DNA of 64,000 nucleotides from Puccinia triticina. Lineage: Eukaryota. The notes beneath the pieces are model-generated. The model did not search any database, had not been told where the DNA came from, and saw only the letters and a list, made by a program, of their open reading frames with translations. Both the position numbers and the translations under genes were made by a program. The stretch covers positions 1,240,001 through 1,304,000 of the forward strand of contig CP110440.1 in NCBI GenBank assembly GCA_026914245.1, written 5' to 3'. Positions 48,349 through 62,741 of the stretch are shown piece after piece (the first letter of the stretch is position 1; the number at the start of each line of letters is the position of its first letter).

Positions 48349-50910
48349 TCATTTATGAGAAGTAAGTTTTTTCCTACTCTTAGATTTACTTGGGGTTTTC
48401 CTAGAGCTTTGAGAGCTCTGAAGCGGTTCTTGATGGTGACGCTGAGGGACATGTTCGTCGTCGTCTTCCTCGATCGAATCGTGATCGATCATGCCGCCCG
48501 GAAGGACCAATTTCTTTGCCGGAGTGGTCGAATGCAACCGAGTAGATCGACGAGGTGTGATGGGCGGGACGGCAATCGAGTTCTGTAGCTGGAGATTATT
48601 GCTGCCACGATTGTCTACTTTGGCCTTTTTGCGGGTGACAGTGGAGGATCGAGGGGGTTGGAAATTTTCTTTGGGATGGTTGTCATTTCTGGCTGTTGGA
48701 GGTTTACTCGTTTCGATCGAGGATTGCTCCTGATTGTTCTCCGGAAGCTCGTCCATCTCTTCGTCTTCAAGATTTAATCCGCCTGGCAGAACTCGCTCCA
48801 TCTGTGGCGCTCGACGGGTCGAGGTCTTGCTAACCCTAGCCATTTTCTTCGGGGGTGACTTCAGTTCTCCTCTATTTTCTCGGGGAACAACGACGGCCGA
48901 GAACTGTTGCTTGGGTGGAGCACTCGGTGCTGGCTGGCTCGGCATGGGTTCATCGCTGCTCTCACTGCTGGCAGTGTTCCGGACTTCTCTCATACTCTGA
49001 GTTGGGTTGCCTTGTTTGAGGACCCGATCCTCAACTCTCCTTTGAGACGGGCGCCGGGGAGTGAAGGCTATCCGAGTAGGCCATCGTTCTTCAGGTGCCG
49101 CTGGCGAAGGCTTTTCTGCTTCTGGGAAGCTTAGTCTGTGGAATGGACTACCCGTGGCCGCGACGCTCGAACGAGCAAAGGATGTCGAGAAATTGGGCGG
49201 AGGAGGGGGCGGCTTAGATGCGCTAGTTGGCAGTCGAGATGGGCCGACAAAATGTGTAAATCGGGGAGTGGGCCGCGAAGAGGTTGGGGTGGGGGGCATT
49301 TCGGAATCGCCTTGATCACCAACTGGATCAGTCTGAGCGGGCTCTTGCATAGGATCCGGTGAGCTGGGTGCTGTGGGTAGTCGGGTGTATGCGAGTGCTT
49401 TGAGAAGTACCTTTTGAGACACATTGGACTTGTCAAGTGACATCCTGGGCATCGCGCGTCTTAAAAATGGCGAGGCTGATAGAGGGATCGAGGTCCTGGA
49501 GACAGTTGGTTTGGGTGGGTTGAGTAGTTCTTGTTGAGTGCGCGCTTCGGCCAATGAGCTGGGGGGTGGCAATTCTGGTGGTGGGGGAGGAGGATCCCAA
49601 GCCAGTGAGCATACATCGTAACTAGCGCTGAGGTCCATATCGTTTGAAGGGTCTTCTGCCATCCCGTTTGAAGCTTGAGTTTGATTAAGAATTGGATGCT
49701 TTTGATCGAATTCGAGTTCAAGCATATTCCGTTGAACCTCTGGTATCATCTCAGCAATGCCCCGGATGACGCGATCAATGTCGGGATTAGAGACGATCCC
49801 AGCCGACTCCGATAACTCGCGTTCAAATCTGATGGCCTCAACATAGCGAGCCTCTGAAGTGAGTTTGCTGAGATAAAATTGAATAGCAACCATTGAATGC
49901 GGTCCGGGCAACAGCCGGGGGGCTTCAATGACAAATCGAAATAGAGTTGTATCTTCAAGCTCGTCAAATGGAAAAGCAACTAGAATTTGAAGGACTTCTG
50001 GTAGTGGTTGGTCATAGTCGTTTAGACCAAAGCAAGTTTCGAAAATGATCCTTAACAGTCGATCCCGCTCGGGTCGGCCATACGAGCGTTGAAGAGCCCA
50101 GGCAGATCGGAGGTTACAGTTTATGCACATGGCCCGCAATACGAACTCGATCGATGGCAGGTCGAGTGAAGGTTGGGTAAGCAGATAAAATCGCATAACA
50201 TAGTCGGATCGAAGTTTTAAAGGGGGTTGAGTGGCAAGGGTCCGGATGATTTCAGGTAGAAAATCGGGCGTGACGGTTGGATCAGACATCCATCGGATGG
50301 CAGCCTGAATAGATAACATGAAGCTATCAGTCTGGAGAAAAGCTTGGCTGATACTATGAGGTGGTAGGGAAGCAACGTACCTGCCATTGGGAATGATCGA
50401 GCGCCCATATACCATCAAGTCCGCGAGTAAAATGAGATGGGATTATTCGATCGATCGCAAAGCGATTTTCTCGACCGTCTCCATATTCTTTTAAGAGATA
50501 ATACACCAAGCAATTTTTTTCTGTAAAGGAGGCATTTATGTGAGTGAGCACATCAAAAAAATTAAAAAATTAAAAAGAGAAAGACGAAGGTCAAGTAACT
50601 GACTCAGTAGGTCGAAGTCACAGGCATCGATAGAGTCTAATAGATGGCGCAGACGAGATGGATGGGACGGTGGGAAGAGGTCCTTGAAGTTAGGGACAGA
50701 ACCTATTTTCATCAACCGATCGAAGAATAACATCCCATCGATTGTTTCTTCGCGTGATCGGAGCGTCTTGGGCTCCAGTAAATTTTCGCGCCTGTCCTTC
50801 GATTTATATTTGGGGGCATTTTTGTCTGTTTCATTGGTACCAGAAGTTCTTGTTGCCGATTGAAACGGCCAGTCCTTCGTGGTAAACAGCGAAAATATCG
50901 ATTGGTCCAT
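48349..50910 (-). CDS. ELYS-domain nuclear pore assembly protein (multi-exon, long disordered tail)
   Basis: LFFDRLM, LFPPSHPSRLRHLL, KNCLVYYLLKE and GLDGIWALDH resemble the fungal ELYS domain. P/S-rich C-terminus. Confidence 0.7.
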
Positions 50911-51198
50911 CCTACGGTATACCGTTCTTGATAAGGATCGATTCACAGTCCCTTTGGATAGGTTCTCTCGTTCGTTCCTGTGAGCTTCTAGTGTGTAGTT
51001 CGAATTGGCGCAGAGAGATGTGTTGAGGAGACGGATGTGTTTTTTTTGTTGGGGGACCACAGCAACGCGTTGAGTGGGGTAGCCGCGGAAGGGGGCAAAG
51101 CGGGTGGGCCGGACCCCCTTTGACTCTCAGTCCCGCAGCAGGCTGTCTCGGCGTTGCAGCCCCGAACTCGGCCAGAGCTTTTTTATCTCTCCTTCGAG

Positions 51199-51318
51199 AC
51201 AAGTCTCTCTTTGGAGGGCCTGGTACAGCCTGGCTGGCACGAAGCGCACTCCTTTCCTTCGGAGGGCCTTGGCGGGACGGCACCTCCCCTCCACAAACAG
51301 AGGGACTTGGTTAAGTTA
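51199..51318. mobile_element. Short remnant of the 22412-23860 MULE-like family
   Basis: ACAAGTC...GGAGGGCCTGGTACAGCCTGG is the near reverse complement of 23810-23850. Ends in GGGACTTGGTTAAGTTA. Confidence 0.55.
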
Positions 51319-51921
51319 CTATTCTGAGACGCTTGAACGGCAAACCCCCACTGGCACAGCCCACATCTTGTACCCATGTTTGGGTTTAAACAAATTCATC
51401 CAAAACCTGCGTTGAGGGGAAGGCATATTTAACATGGCTGGCATGGAATTGTTTTCTTACTTGGGCATTCACTGGATGCAGCTGTCTGAAGATTGGGGTC
51501 GACATATGTAAGGTGGAGAAGTTTGGATTGTGTTTGTATAACACACCAAATGTAAATTTCAATAGACAACGCTCAATGAGGAATTTCAAAGAAACACAGG
51601 AAAAGAAACTCCTAATCATGTTCAAAAAATCATCAGCAGTTGATGAAGTTGCAAAGTGAAGTAGGAAGCGAAGCTCAGACTTTCAACAAAGTTAGAAATG
51701 GAAAAAGAGACTAGGAAGATGATGAATTTCAATTTGAAATGAGTTCTTAAGTGATTCCGATGCCATATCAATCCAGTGAAAGTAAAAAAAGCGGTCTTGA
51801 TAGATGGGCGGGGGGGGGGGGGGGGGGGCAGGGTGATTTGAGAGGTTGAACTTCATGAGGCTATCCCGCTGGCGCTACATGATAAACCAAAAAAAGATTT
51901 TTGTTCCACATCCCAATTAAG

Positions 51922-54900
51922 TCATTTGATTTTGATGGTGGGTAATTCATAAGACCCTCTTTTCATCATGAATTCCTCCTGACCTGATTGAATCCGTGCT
52001 TCAGCAAAGCTTTCTACAAGCCAATCTACTGCTACTTTGGTATTTTCCAAGAGCCATTTTTGCTCTATTTCTTTATAGATCAAATCTGGTTCAATCCAGT
52101 GACCTCGCTGTGTTTTTCCACGGAAATACTCCCCTTCCAATAGTAAATTCCTCAAACAATCAGAAAATATATCTCCCAAGGTCTTCACACAGTAGTTTGG
52201 TAGGTAATAAAATCCGCGGAAAACATTCTTCTTCCAAGCTGGGTAATCCATTTTTTCTGAGTGGTTGATAATCAATTGAAGTAATCTATTCAATGTCTTG
52301 ATCTCATAATTTGACATTTTCTTGGTATCTTTTGATTTTTCAAATCTTGCTTCTACATCTCTTAATAAATTACTTCTTTCAAAAGGTTTGACCTGATTCA
52401 TGGCATAATCTTTTGGTGAAAAAGCAAGGAGAAAAAAAAGGAATCCCAAAAACAAACTCTACATGAATTTCTTTTTTTGATCAACATTTTTTTCGCAAAC
52501 CAAAGTGCAACTTACAAATTCTATCAAATACTGGGATATTTTGGATAAACCTTTGGGTACGCTTTAAGGATCTTATCAAGATTTTGGCATTTTCTTCAGA
52601 AATTGTTCCAAATTCTCTCTCTGTAGCCTTCTTCATGGGCCCCCAGACCTCTGGAGTATTGTACATTGGAATTATTTCAGCTCTTCCACCATGAATCCCA
52701 TATTGCCCAAGTGTAACCATGACAGATCCACTATATTGAGGGTCTCCTTCTGAAAGAATGGATTGAAAACTTTTTCCATTCAAGGATCCAAATTTCTTCC
52801 TTTGGGCTTGCAGTTCACCTGGGAGATTCTCAAAAGAGATTGGAATGGCTGCTTGAACATTTTCAAACGCATTCCACAACTCTATATCCCAGTCTTTATG
52901 CGTAGCTCGACCATGTTCTGGCCCTGTCGAGAATGCTTTCTCTATTCCATCCCGTAAGAATTGGGAAAATTTGCATGTCTTGTGTTTGATTATTATTGGT
53001 AAATCTGCTTCAAGGATTTCTAAGCCAATATGATGATCAACTTGCTCAGGTGTGACAAGGTAGTTGACTGTCATGACTTCGCAAAACAGAAATGCTTGAA
53101 TCAAGAATTCCCAAAAAATCAGTAAATGCCAAGAAACAGCAGATAATAACTATCAAAATTGTGTCAAACATTAACTGATCTACTCACCTATTTCTTCAAG
53201 TTGCTCTTTTCTAGCCCGGCCATTTCGCCGTATCCTTCCCACAAATCCTGATGCTATTTTTTGATGCAGTTCTTCTGCATAGTTCATCACCAAGTTGAAC
53301 TTCTGTTCTGCCCCCCTTATGATCATGCCATTGGATTTCATGTCTACATTGGAATTGGAAGATTGGAATTTCTCTATGGGGGATGCATTGTGTGCTTCTT
53401 TGTGAATAATTTGGGGCTGTAAAAAAATTCCAGCTTCATAATCTCCAATTTGTTTTATCTGATGACTAATTCTTGAAACTAGCCTATAATATTCAAACAA
53501 TTGATCAAAGGGAAGCCCATTTTTAAATAATTCACAAAGTTCCTTGTAATCCTGAAGGAATGGCTGTAGGTTTTCTCCTGAAGTCATTACTTCAAGCTGT
53601 AACCAAAATATATCCCCATTTGCAGTAATTGCAGGGCCAATTTCTTGGCAGACTGTGATCACTGAGAAACAAGAGCAATGTCAGAAAAATCAAGTAAGGA
53701 AAATAAGAACAACATACACTGTGTAAGCAAATGGTATTCCTTTTCACAACTTTTCACCCATGGACTGAATTCTGGGAAAAACTGCATTTGAATTTTGTAA
53801 GGTTCAGGGGCTATTTTAACCACTGTTTTGTAGAAATCCTCTTTTTCAAAAGTTTGTTTTCCTTTCAAATCACAACTCTTACAAAAAGCTGTTATCATTT
53901 GGAATATAGATTTTGTGTTGCCAAATTCCTGACGGAGGTCAGAGGTTTTTGGTTTTGGTAATTGTGTTGAAGTTTGATATATAGCCATTCTACTAGCTAC
54001 AAGTAGCATTAATTTTATCAAAGAGGAAAAACTTGAGCAGAATTCAATTTTATCAAATATTCCTGATGATTTAATGACACACCTATTGAAGATAGAAATC
54101 GGTTTGTTCTCAAAACCATAGAGAAAGTATGAAATTTGATTGCAAGTTCCACTGTTGCCTCATTAACTTCTATTTTTAGGTTTAAATCCATAGGATCTTG
54201 AGGTTTCATTGTATATCTATCAAGACTCAGGCACCAGTTGTATAGTTTATTTTGCAATTCATGATGGGAACAAAAGGCCCCTTGTTGATCAGATGAACCA
54301 TTTTTCGCCAGGGTGCTAGTAGTAGTTGGCATGTATTTTTTCCACAATCCTTTCCACTCCATTCTCCCATAATTTATGATATCATCCATACTATAATCTG
54401 AAACAAGATTTTTTTGACTCTGAATGAATTCAACTTTTGAACTTCCCACAATCCCACAAGTGAAATTTAGAATTAGCCTTACCTAGGAGCAATTTTATTT
54501 TTTCCAGGCCTGCCATATTTTACTAGTAGTTAGTTAGAGCTCTAATCTCAGGAATAAATGCAAAACTGGGAGTCAAGGAATCCAGAGGCCCCAGATTTGT
54601 TTTCCAGGGTCTGTAAATCTTGGCAGGAAGTCCTCTACCATGGCTTACCATTAGTTTCCTGGAATTCTTTTGTGATTCCTGTAACATGTCTCCTCATTGA
54701 GATACCACGTTTTACTTTTTGCTTTGTTAAATCTGGTTCATACAATGAGATTTTCTCATAAACCCCATCAACTGAATTTGAAAAAACAATCAAGGAATTG
54801 AATTCATCAGCTTTTGAAGATAAATTCATGACTGATAAAAGTGATTAAAAATATTCCAGATGGTAGAATTTATCCAAGAGCTGAAACAAGAAGAAGAACT

Positions 54901-54997
54901 CACTAATTTCATTGACATTGGGATCCTTGATGAAGGCACTGCTGCATCCAAGGTGGAAAAATATGGCTACTGTTAAAGTATATTTAAGGAGATTCAT
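51922..54997 (-). CDS. Large multi-exon predicted secreted protein (second family), copy 1
   Basis: Signal-peptide-like MNLLKYTLTVAIFFHLGCSSA. Series of exon ORFs with GT-AG introns, colinear with 59636-62741. Confidence 0.7.
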
Positions 54998-55444
54998 TTC
55001 TGAATTTAGAAATAGAGTGCAGAACAATCAAGGAAGAATATCTTGGACATGTCTTCATAAATACCTCCTCCAAATGAAAACTTGCAAGATCCAATAATGA
55101 CTCTGCTTTTAGTTTCAGCTGGGATCCCCAATGTGACAAATACCCCACACAAGTTTGGAAACAGTTATGCATACTTGTTTTACAGAATCCAAAGCACAAA
55201 TTGTTCAAAGTGAATCTATGATCCTCACTCCAATTCATGTTTTGAAACATATGTGTAAGTGTAGTAAAACTGCCCTGGCGTGGCAGTATGATATCCCATG
55301 TCCCTATCAAATCTTCACTTGAGAATCTGTATCTTTTGAGATGTGTTTGAGTCACTCTTACCTTAGGGGGTTTCAAACATGGCATAGTTCCTGTATCAGG
55401 AAACCCCAATTCAGCAAATAAGAACTACTTCAACAAATCCTTCA

Positions 55445-56171
55445 TGTTGATATCTGAATGACATCCCCTCTATGACTCTTGCGGCACATGTCGCAGTCTG
55501 TTCGTAATCCACAGTACATGTCACAGTTTGGTTCACAATGACATCATTCTTGCTCGGATCTTCATGTCGTCATCCCTTGCTCGGATCTCCCAAATTTCCC
55601 CTGCAAGAATCTCCGCTTGACCCTCCGCACTCTTCTTTCTCAAATATATAAGCTTATCTCTCCTTCCATCATCTGACTTTCCGGCTTGGGGAACCTACAA
55701 GATTCAACCTTGTCTCTCAAGCTTATCCTTCACATTACATTACTTTAAGCTGCTGTTCCTCCACGTTTGTCTTCTCTTTCATCGACGACATCCATTGCTT
55801 CATTATCAAAGAGCACCTCTCTTCTGATACATCAACTTGTTTGACATCATCTCAAGATCTCATCCCTTCCTATCGACTCCTCGCCGACCATTTCCTTCCA
55901 TTTGACAACTTGTTGATTCCTGTCTTCGGTTATCAAACAACAGCTCTCCAGTAGGTCTTACTCAACACATCGTCTTAATCCCCTCTGATTGACTGTCTCA
56001 ACTAATCTATCTTTTCTAGTTGCCTTCTTCTTTGTTGCCTTATCCTCTCGTGTACTCTCGTGTCCTATTTTTATGTTGTTCTTGCCTTTAGGTACTTTTT
56101 ATTTTTTCTTTCTTGTGTATTCCTCATATCATGAAGCTTACTCGAAATCCACTTTAGTTTGACTATTCACA
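55445..56171 (+). mobile_element. Solo LTR (727 bp)
   Basis: TG...CA termini. 5-bp TSD CTTCA at 55440-55444 and 56172-56176. TATATAA near 55645. Confidence 0.8.
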
Positions 56172-57004
56172 CTTCAGACTGGAACCCAGTTTTCCCTATT
56201 GTAAGTAGTTGATTGCCAAAACGATTTGTCAGGAAAAGATAACTGTTGTGGTTGAGGCCAGCCAACTTACATAGAACCTTGCATATCCTGGAGATAATTC
56301 TTCAGCACTGCAATTTCAAATCAATTGACCAATGATGCTGAGATTCCAATCACAAAAGCAAATACCTAATAATGATTGGAATTAATTATATGATAGACTT
56401 GAAGATATGATTGAGAAAAAAAAACTTGTTTACTGGGTATGTTTGTCAGCACAAAAAAACACACAGGGCCCAAAAATCTTCTCAAACTTGTATGTGTCCA
56501 ATGACCTTGAAGATGATGGTTCAACTCAAGCTTCAAAGCCTTGATAATTTTTGATTACTAGAAAAAAAGAAACAAGGAACACTAAGCAAGATGCTGAATC
56601 TGAAAACATGAAGACTTAAGATTCATTTCTCACGCCAGCTGAATTAGAAGAGTTTAAGCCATTTTTTATACCAAAAAGTAGATACAGTCATTTGCTGTAA
56701 GAGTATCTCCACCGCTGGTGCTAAATGGTGTTGCCCAATTCTTGAGTTTGGTGAATGGGGTGCAGCTTTAGCAACATGTAGTGAGTGAGCTTTGCACTGT
56801 GAGCTGCCATAATTGGATGTTTGCAGTTGTGAAATGTGTGGTGTGGATTTGATTTTGCGGAAGACAGAGGGAGGATCACAAGAAATGTGTGCAATACTTG
56901 AAAGGGTGGGGTAGGGTGGGGTGCTATCCTGTCTGATCCCAAGAGGCAAATTTGCACATTTGATGTGTGTTTGCCATCCACGGTGGTGTTATTTGGTTTA
57001 GAAA

Positions 57005-57380
57005 CGCAGTTTAGCACCCGCGGTGGAGATGCTCTAAGGGAGGATGATTTTTTGGACACTATCTCCATGTTTTATCCGCTGTGCTACATACGCTAAAAAA
57101 TTGGCCTTTTTAACTATCTGCTAAATTTGCAGACAGCGGAACTTTTCTAGTTCAAACTTCTTTTGTTTCAAATCTCTTTTTTTCTTTTTTTTCTTTTTTC
57201 AAACCACTGCGCCACTACGGTCCATTAATGCTACATGACCGCTGATTTAGCGCGCTAAAATTTACATTTTTTTCCTGTACAGTCAAAAAGCAGGTACCGC
57301 AGCGATTTCCTGCTGCGCGTAGCGAGTAGCGCAGCGACCCAAAAAATCACTGCGCTAAACGCGGCGAAGCGGATACATTG
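57005..57380. repeat. Degenerate MITE-like segment with TTTAGC(G/A) / CGCTAAA motifs
   Basis: Repeated motif in both orientations. No clear TIR or TSD. Confidence 0.35.
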
Positions 57381-58654
57381 TTGACTCTCCTTAATTTCAA
57401 AATGTGGCAAAACATACCTCAACCATCTGAAAAAGATATCAAACTCAACAGAATCCAAGGAAACCCTGCTAATCCCAACTGGTATTTCTCCTATGGATCT
57501 TTGAGTCTGACACTCAGTCCATCTCACATATTGTTTCTTTTGATTTTTTTCTGTATTCATGTATTTCCCGCCCTTCAAGCCGTACATGATTTGGAAGACC
57601 TAGGTGCAGGCCTGGTCTTCTAGGGAAGCCCGGGCATACTATGGTAGGCCCCAGGCTTCCCAATGTATGGGTCAATGCTGGAGAAGACCCCTTTGGGTGA
57701 CTCCGGGAGGGGTCCCCTTCTGGCGTGCTTGGCCTTTAGTGAGCGCTGGGAGGGGTTCTCCTCCGCGAGACAGCTTTTTGAGCGCCTTTGTGGGGGGCTT
57801 CTTAGAAGGATCTAATGTTAGCCCAAACATCCTCTGGACTGTAAGTTCAACACAAATACCTGTTCTTGCCATTGAGAAAGCAGTCTTCCCTCCTCAATGA
57901 CCAGGTTGTAAGCCATCTATCATGGAGGGGAATTTCTCTCCTCAATGACTAGAATTTTTAGTTTGTGCGGCACCTGTTGGAATTTTGTTTAATTCCTCTT
58001 ACGTACACCTCTAAAACTAGTTTCATATCATTCTCAGCATTGCCAGAATCTTTGTTAGTACATAATTTATCACACCACGTAGTCTAAAACTGTGAGTAGT
58101 AGATAACATTTTTCATACATGTTTCAAGCATAGTCTTTGAGATAGTATACTTGAAACTTGTTCTGTGTTCACCTATTTTTATTTTTTCTTCCAACCACAT
58201 GTTGGCCGCTTGTTTTTAGTCTATTTAAAACCCAGCATACAACAAGCAATTATAAAAACCATTGGTTCTACCTCTTCTCTTTTTTCTGTGCCACCCTGAA
58301 CCGCATCCGGTGAGCTTTTCACCCTCACTTTCCCCTATCTCAAGCCACTTGGCTCATCTTTTGTGGTGAACTCATGAGGCCTAAGATTATAATTTCAAGA
58401 GCACCCTTGGTTGAATTCAGCCCAGTGGGACTTTGTGAGAAACCCTGCCCATATTGGGCTGTGGCAAGAAGGGGTCAAAAGTGTGTCAAGTCTGTGAGTG
58501 TGCCAAGCAAGGGTTGTGAGGGGGCAAGTGGGTGTTGCAAGTGTGCCAAGGGCACTTTGGGCTTGGCCAAGTGGGCTTTAAGGTTTTCCCAGCGCACTTG
58601 ACCTTTTTTGGCCAAAATTTGGTGTGTGCCCAGACATGCTTGCAACACCATAAA

Positions 58655-58880
58655 TAAATGGAGGGAAGGGTAAAGCATCAAGGTTCCGCAAGATTTCCTA
58701 CACCAAAAAGTGAGAGATTGTTATGAATGATGATAAGAAATGAGAAGAAATCAATTCAAGATGATGGAGAGGCCAAAGAGTTTAGAGTTTAAATGCCTTG
58801 GCTTTGCGGCACAAGAATATCAAATGGTCCCTCCTAGTTTAGATCCCCCGCTCTTCAGCAGGATCAATTCACTTTACTCC
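58655..58880 (-). pseudogene. Decayed duplicate of the kynureninase 3' end and 3' flank
   Basis: AAAGCATCAAGGTTCCGCAAGATTTCCTACACCAAA and CAAGATGATGGAGAG...AGAGTTTAGAGTTT match about 63410-63590. Confidence 0.75.
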
Positions 58881-59635
58881 TCATCCATGCCTGTGTTTTT
58901 CAATCAGTAGCTCAAACTGGCACAGAGTTTTGTGTTAAAGGAATTTATTTATTTTTTTGTTCAGGAACCACAGCAACACGTGAGTGGAGTTTGATCAGCT
59001 GGATGGGCCAGAAACCTTTGAGTCTCAGTGCCGCAGCAGGCTTTCTGGGCATTGTGGCAAGCCTGAGCTTAAACTTGAGCCTCTCCTTTGTCTCCTATGG
59101 AGGCGCTTGTGCTGATTTGGACCTATGTCTGGGTTTAAAAATACTTATGAGGCCTCCTTTGAATTGAAGTCCCTGTGTACCATGGCTGTCATGGCATTAG
59201 AGACCAATTTGGACAACATATTGCTACTTGGGGATCTGCTGGATGCAGCTGGTTGAAGATTGGTTTCAATAAGCTGGCAAACTTATTGAATGTGTTTTTG
59301 TAACACACCAAATGTAAAGGAAAACACTCATGATAAATTTGCAAAGAAACAAAGGAAAATAAATTCAGAAGTTCAAATAATCATCCAGTTGATAAAGTTG
59401 CAAAGAGAAATTGGAATAGAAGCACAGGTTTTCAACAAGCTTATCATTGGGAAAGATCTTTGGGAAAATGATGAATAGAAATTCACGATCAGTGTTTAGT
59501 TCATTTCAATGCCATTTAAATGCAGTGAAAGCAAAAAAAACCTTAATTGGGAGACAGGATGATTTGAGGGATTGAACTGAGGCTTGGGGCTACTGGATAA
59601 CCCAAAAAAAATGTTTCCCATTCTAATTGCCCAGG

Positions 59636-62600
59636 TCATCTGATTTCTATAGAGGGAGTGTCATAAAAACCTCTCTTCATCATGAAGCGCTCCTGAATTA
59701 TTTGAATTTGTGATTCAGTAAAGCTTTCTAGAAGCCAATCAACTGCTATCTTGGCATCCTTTTAGAGCCACTTTTGCTCTCTTTCTTTGTAGATCACATC
59801 TGGGTCAATCCAGTGCTGCATTTTTTCACTTGAATCTTTACTTTCCAATAGGAATTTCCTTGAACAATCAGCAAATATGTCCCCCATTATCTTCACCAAG
59901 GAAGTTGGTAGATAAACAAATCCGGAGAGAACATTTTTCTTCCAATCTTGGTAATCCGTTATCTCTGAGTTGTTGATAATTGATTGGAAAAAACTATTCA
60001 ATTTCTTGATCTCATAATTTGGCATTTTCTTGGTATCTTTGGAGTGTTCAATTTTTTCCTTTACATCATCTAGTAGAGTACTTCTGTAAGAGAGTTTTAC
60101 CAAATTCATGGCATAATCTTTTGGTGCAAAATCAAGTGAGAACAAAGCCCAGAAAATAATATCAAATATAATTCTTTTCACTAAAGTTTTATCAAAAACC
60201 CAAAGCATGACTTACAAATTCTATCAAACACTGGCAGATTTTGAATGACCCTTTGAGTACGCTTCAAGCATATTATTAGGATTTTGGCATTTTCTTCAGA
60301 AATTGTTGCAAATTCTCTTTCTGTTGCCTTTTTCATGGCCCCCCAGATCTCTGGAGTATACTGAAGTGGAATAATTCCAGCGTTTCCACCCTGAATCCTA
60401 TATGGCCCAATTTGAGCCATAACTAATGCACTATATTTAGCCGACCCTGCTGGAAAGAGGAATTGGCAAGATTTATTTTCCAAAAATTCAAATCTTTTCC
60501 TGAGGGCTTGGAGTTCACTTGGGAGATTTGAAGAAGATTTTGGAATGACTGCTTGTACATTTTCAAATGTGTTCCACAACTCAATATTCCAGTCTTTCCA
60601 TGAGCCCCGACCATTTCCTGACCCTACCAAAAACATTTTCTCTAATACATCGCGCAAGAAGTGGGAAAATTGACATGTGTTATTTTTAATGACTAGTGGC
60701 AAACCTGTCTTCTGGATTTCTAGAACAATCTGGTGGTCCACTTGTTCTTGTGTGATAAGGTAGTTGAGTGGCATTACATCACAAAACAGAAATGCTTAAA
60801 TCAAGAATTTTTCCAAAGTAATTAATACTGAGAAACAACAGAGAGTTGCCAAAAATAAACCCTCAAGAACTTGCATGATGTGCTCACCAATCTCTGTAAG
60901 TTGGTCTTTTCTAGCACGGAAATTTGGATGTATCCTTCCCACAAATCCGGATGATATTTTTTGATGCAGTTCTTTGGCACAATTCATCACCAAGCTGACC
61001 TTCTGTCTTGCACCTCCCATCATCATGTCTACATTGGATTTTGTAGATTGTAATTTCCCTATGGGGGATGTATCTTTTGCTTCTTTGTGATCGATTTGAG
61101 GCTGGAATAACTTTCCAGTTTCATCATCCCCAATCTTTTTGATCTCATGACTAATTTTTGAAACTAGCCTATAATATTCAAACAATTGATCAAAGGGGAG
61201 CCCATTTTGAAAGAATTCACAAAGTTCCTTGTAACCCTGAAGAAATGGCTGGAGGTTTTCTCCAGAAGTCATTACTTCAAGTTGTAACCAAAATATATTC
61301 CCATGTGCAGCAATTGCAGGACCCATTTTTTGGCAGATTGTGATTACTGAGAAACCAGAGAAATTTCAGACACATCAGAAAAGGGTAAAAAACCAAAAAC
61401 ATACACTGAGTGAGCAACTGATATTCCTGTTCACAGCTCCTTCCCCAAGGACTGTATTCTGGAAAATAATGCAATTGAATTTGGTAAGGTTCAGGTACTA
61501 TTTTACCCACTGAAATGTAGAAATCCTCTTCTTGGAGAATTGGTTTTCCTTTTGTATCACAGCTCTTGCAAAATGATGTTATCATTTGGAATGTAGCTTT
61601 TGAATTCCCAAATGCATTTCTGAGTTCAGAGGGTTTGGGTTTTGGGAATTTGGTTGAAGTTTGATATATAGCCATTCTACCAACTTCAAGTGTGGTGTGT
61701 ATTTTATCAAAGAGGGCTAAATTCAGCGTAATTTAGTTTTTTAAAAGGTTTGGCAAGATTGAATCACACACCCATTGAAAGTAGAAACCGGTTTGCTTTC
61801 AAAACCATAGAAAAAGTGTGGAATTTAATTGCAAGTTCCACTGTTGCCTCATTCACTTCTATTTTTATTTCAAAATCAAGAAGTTCTTGAGGCTTTGTCT
61901 TATATTCAGTGATACTTTCATACCATTTGTATAGTTTATTTTGTAAATCATGCTGTAAACGAAAGGCCCCTTGTTGCACTGAAGTGGTTTCAGCTGAGGT
62001 GCTGGTTGGCATGTATTTTTTCCATAATCCTTTCCACTCCATTCTCCCATAATTTTTGATATCATCCATACTACAATCTAAACCAACAGATTTATTTTAC
62101 ATCCAAATGAACTTGCCTTTTTAGTTTTTTCAAAAATCCAGAAATAAATTTTAGAAGCTTGTCCTCACCTAGGAGCAATCTCATTTTTTCAGTGCCTACC
62201 ATGTTACTGAGAGTCAGTTAGAATTCTAAACATAGGAATCAATGCAAAACTGGAGGAATCCTTGCAAAATCTGTAGCGACTGAGGATTTCAATTTAGAGC
62301 CAAGAAATCCAATCTTGGAGGCTCCAGATCTGGCTCTTCATGGTCTGTAAATGTTTACAGCAAGTCATCTACTACAGCTTACCTTGTGGTCCCAGGAATT
62401 CTTCTGTGATTCTTTCAACATGTGTCCTCATTGAGATACCACGTTTTACTTGCCGCTTTTTTGATTCTGGTTCATCCAATGAAATCTTCTGATAGACCCC
62501 ATCAACTGAGTTTGAATCAGAATAATCATGGAAACAATCTCATCAGCTCAGAAGTCATATTTCTGATTAATTAACTCTTGCATTGAGTTAAATAGCTCAG

Positions 62601-62741
62601 ATGGCAGGATTTATCCAAGGGTTGAAACACTAGAAAAGGGCACTAACTGATTTCTTTAATATTTGGATCCCTGATGAAACCACTTCTGCATTCAAGGTGG
62701 AAAAATATAACTGCTGGTAAAGCATATTTGATGAGATTCAT
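59636..62741 (-). pseudogene. Second-family secreted-protein paralogue, copy 2 (premature stop near the C-terminus)
   Basis: MNLIKYALPAVIFFHLEC start, colinear with 51922-54997. TAA at 59762-59764 where copy 1 reads through (QKWLLE). Confidence 0.6.

Noticed and set aside
51806..51828. Long G-run (also the C-run at about 37924-37950) as a functional G-quadruplex
   Set aside because: These are simple homopolymers of uncertain length with no supporting context.
55448..56131. Alternative LTR boundaries TGATAT...ATATCA
   Set aside because: There is no matching TSD. The 55445-56171 boundaries give a perfect CTTCA duplication.
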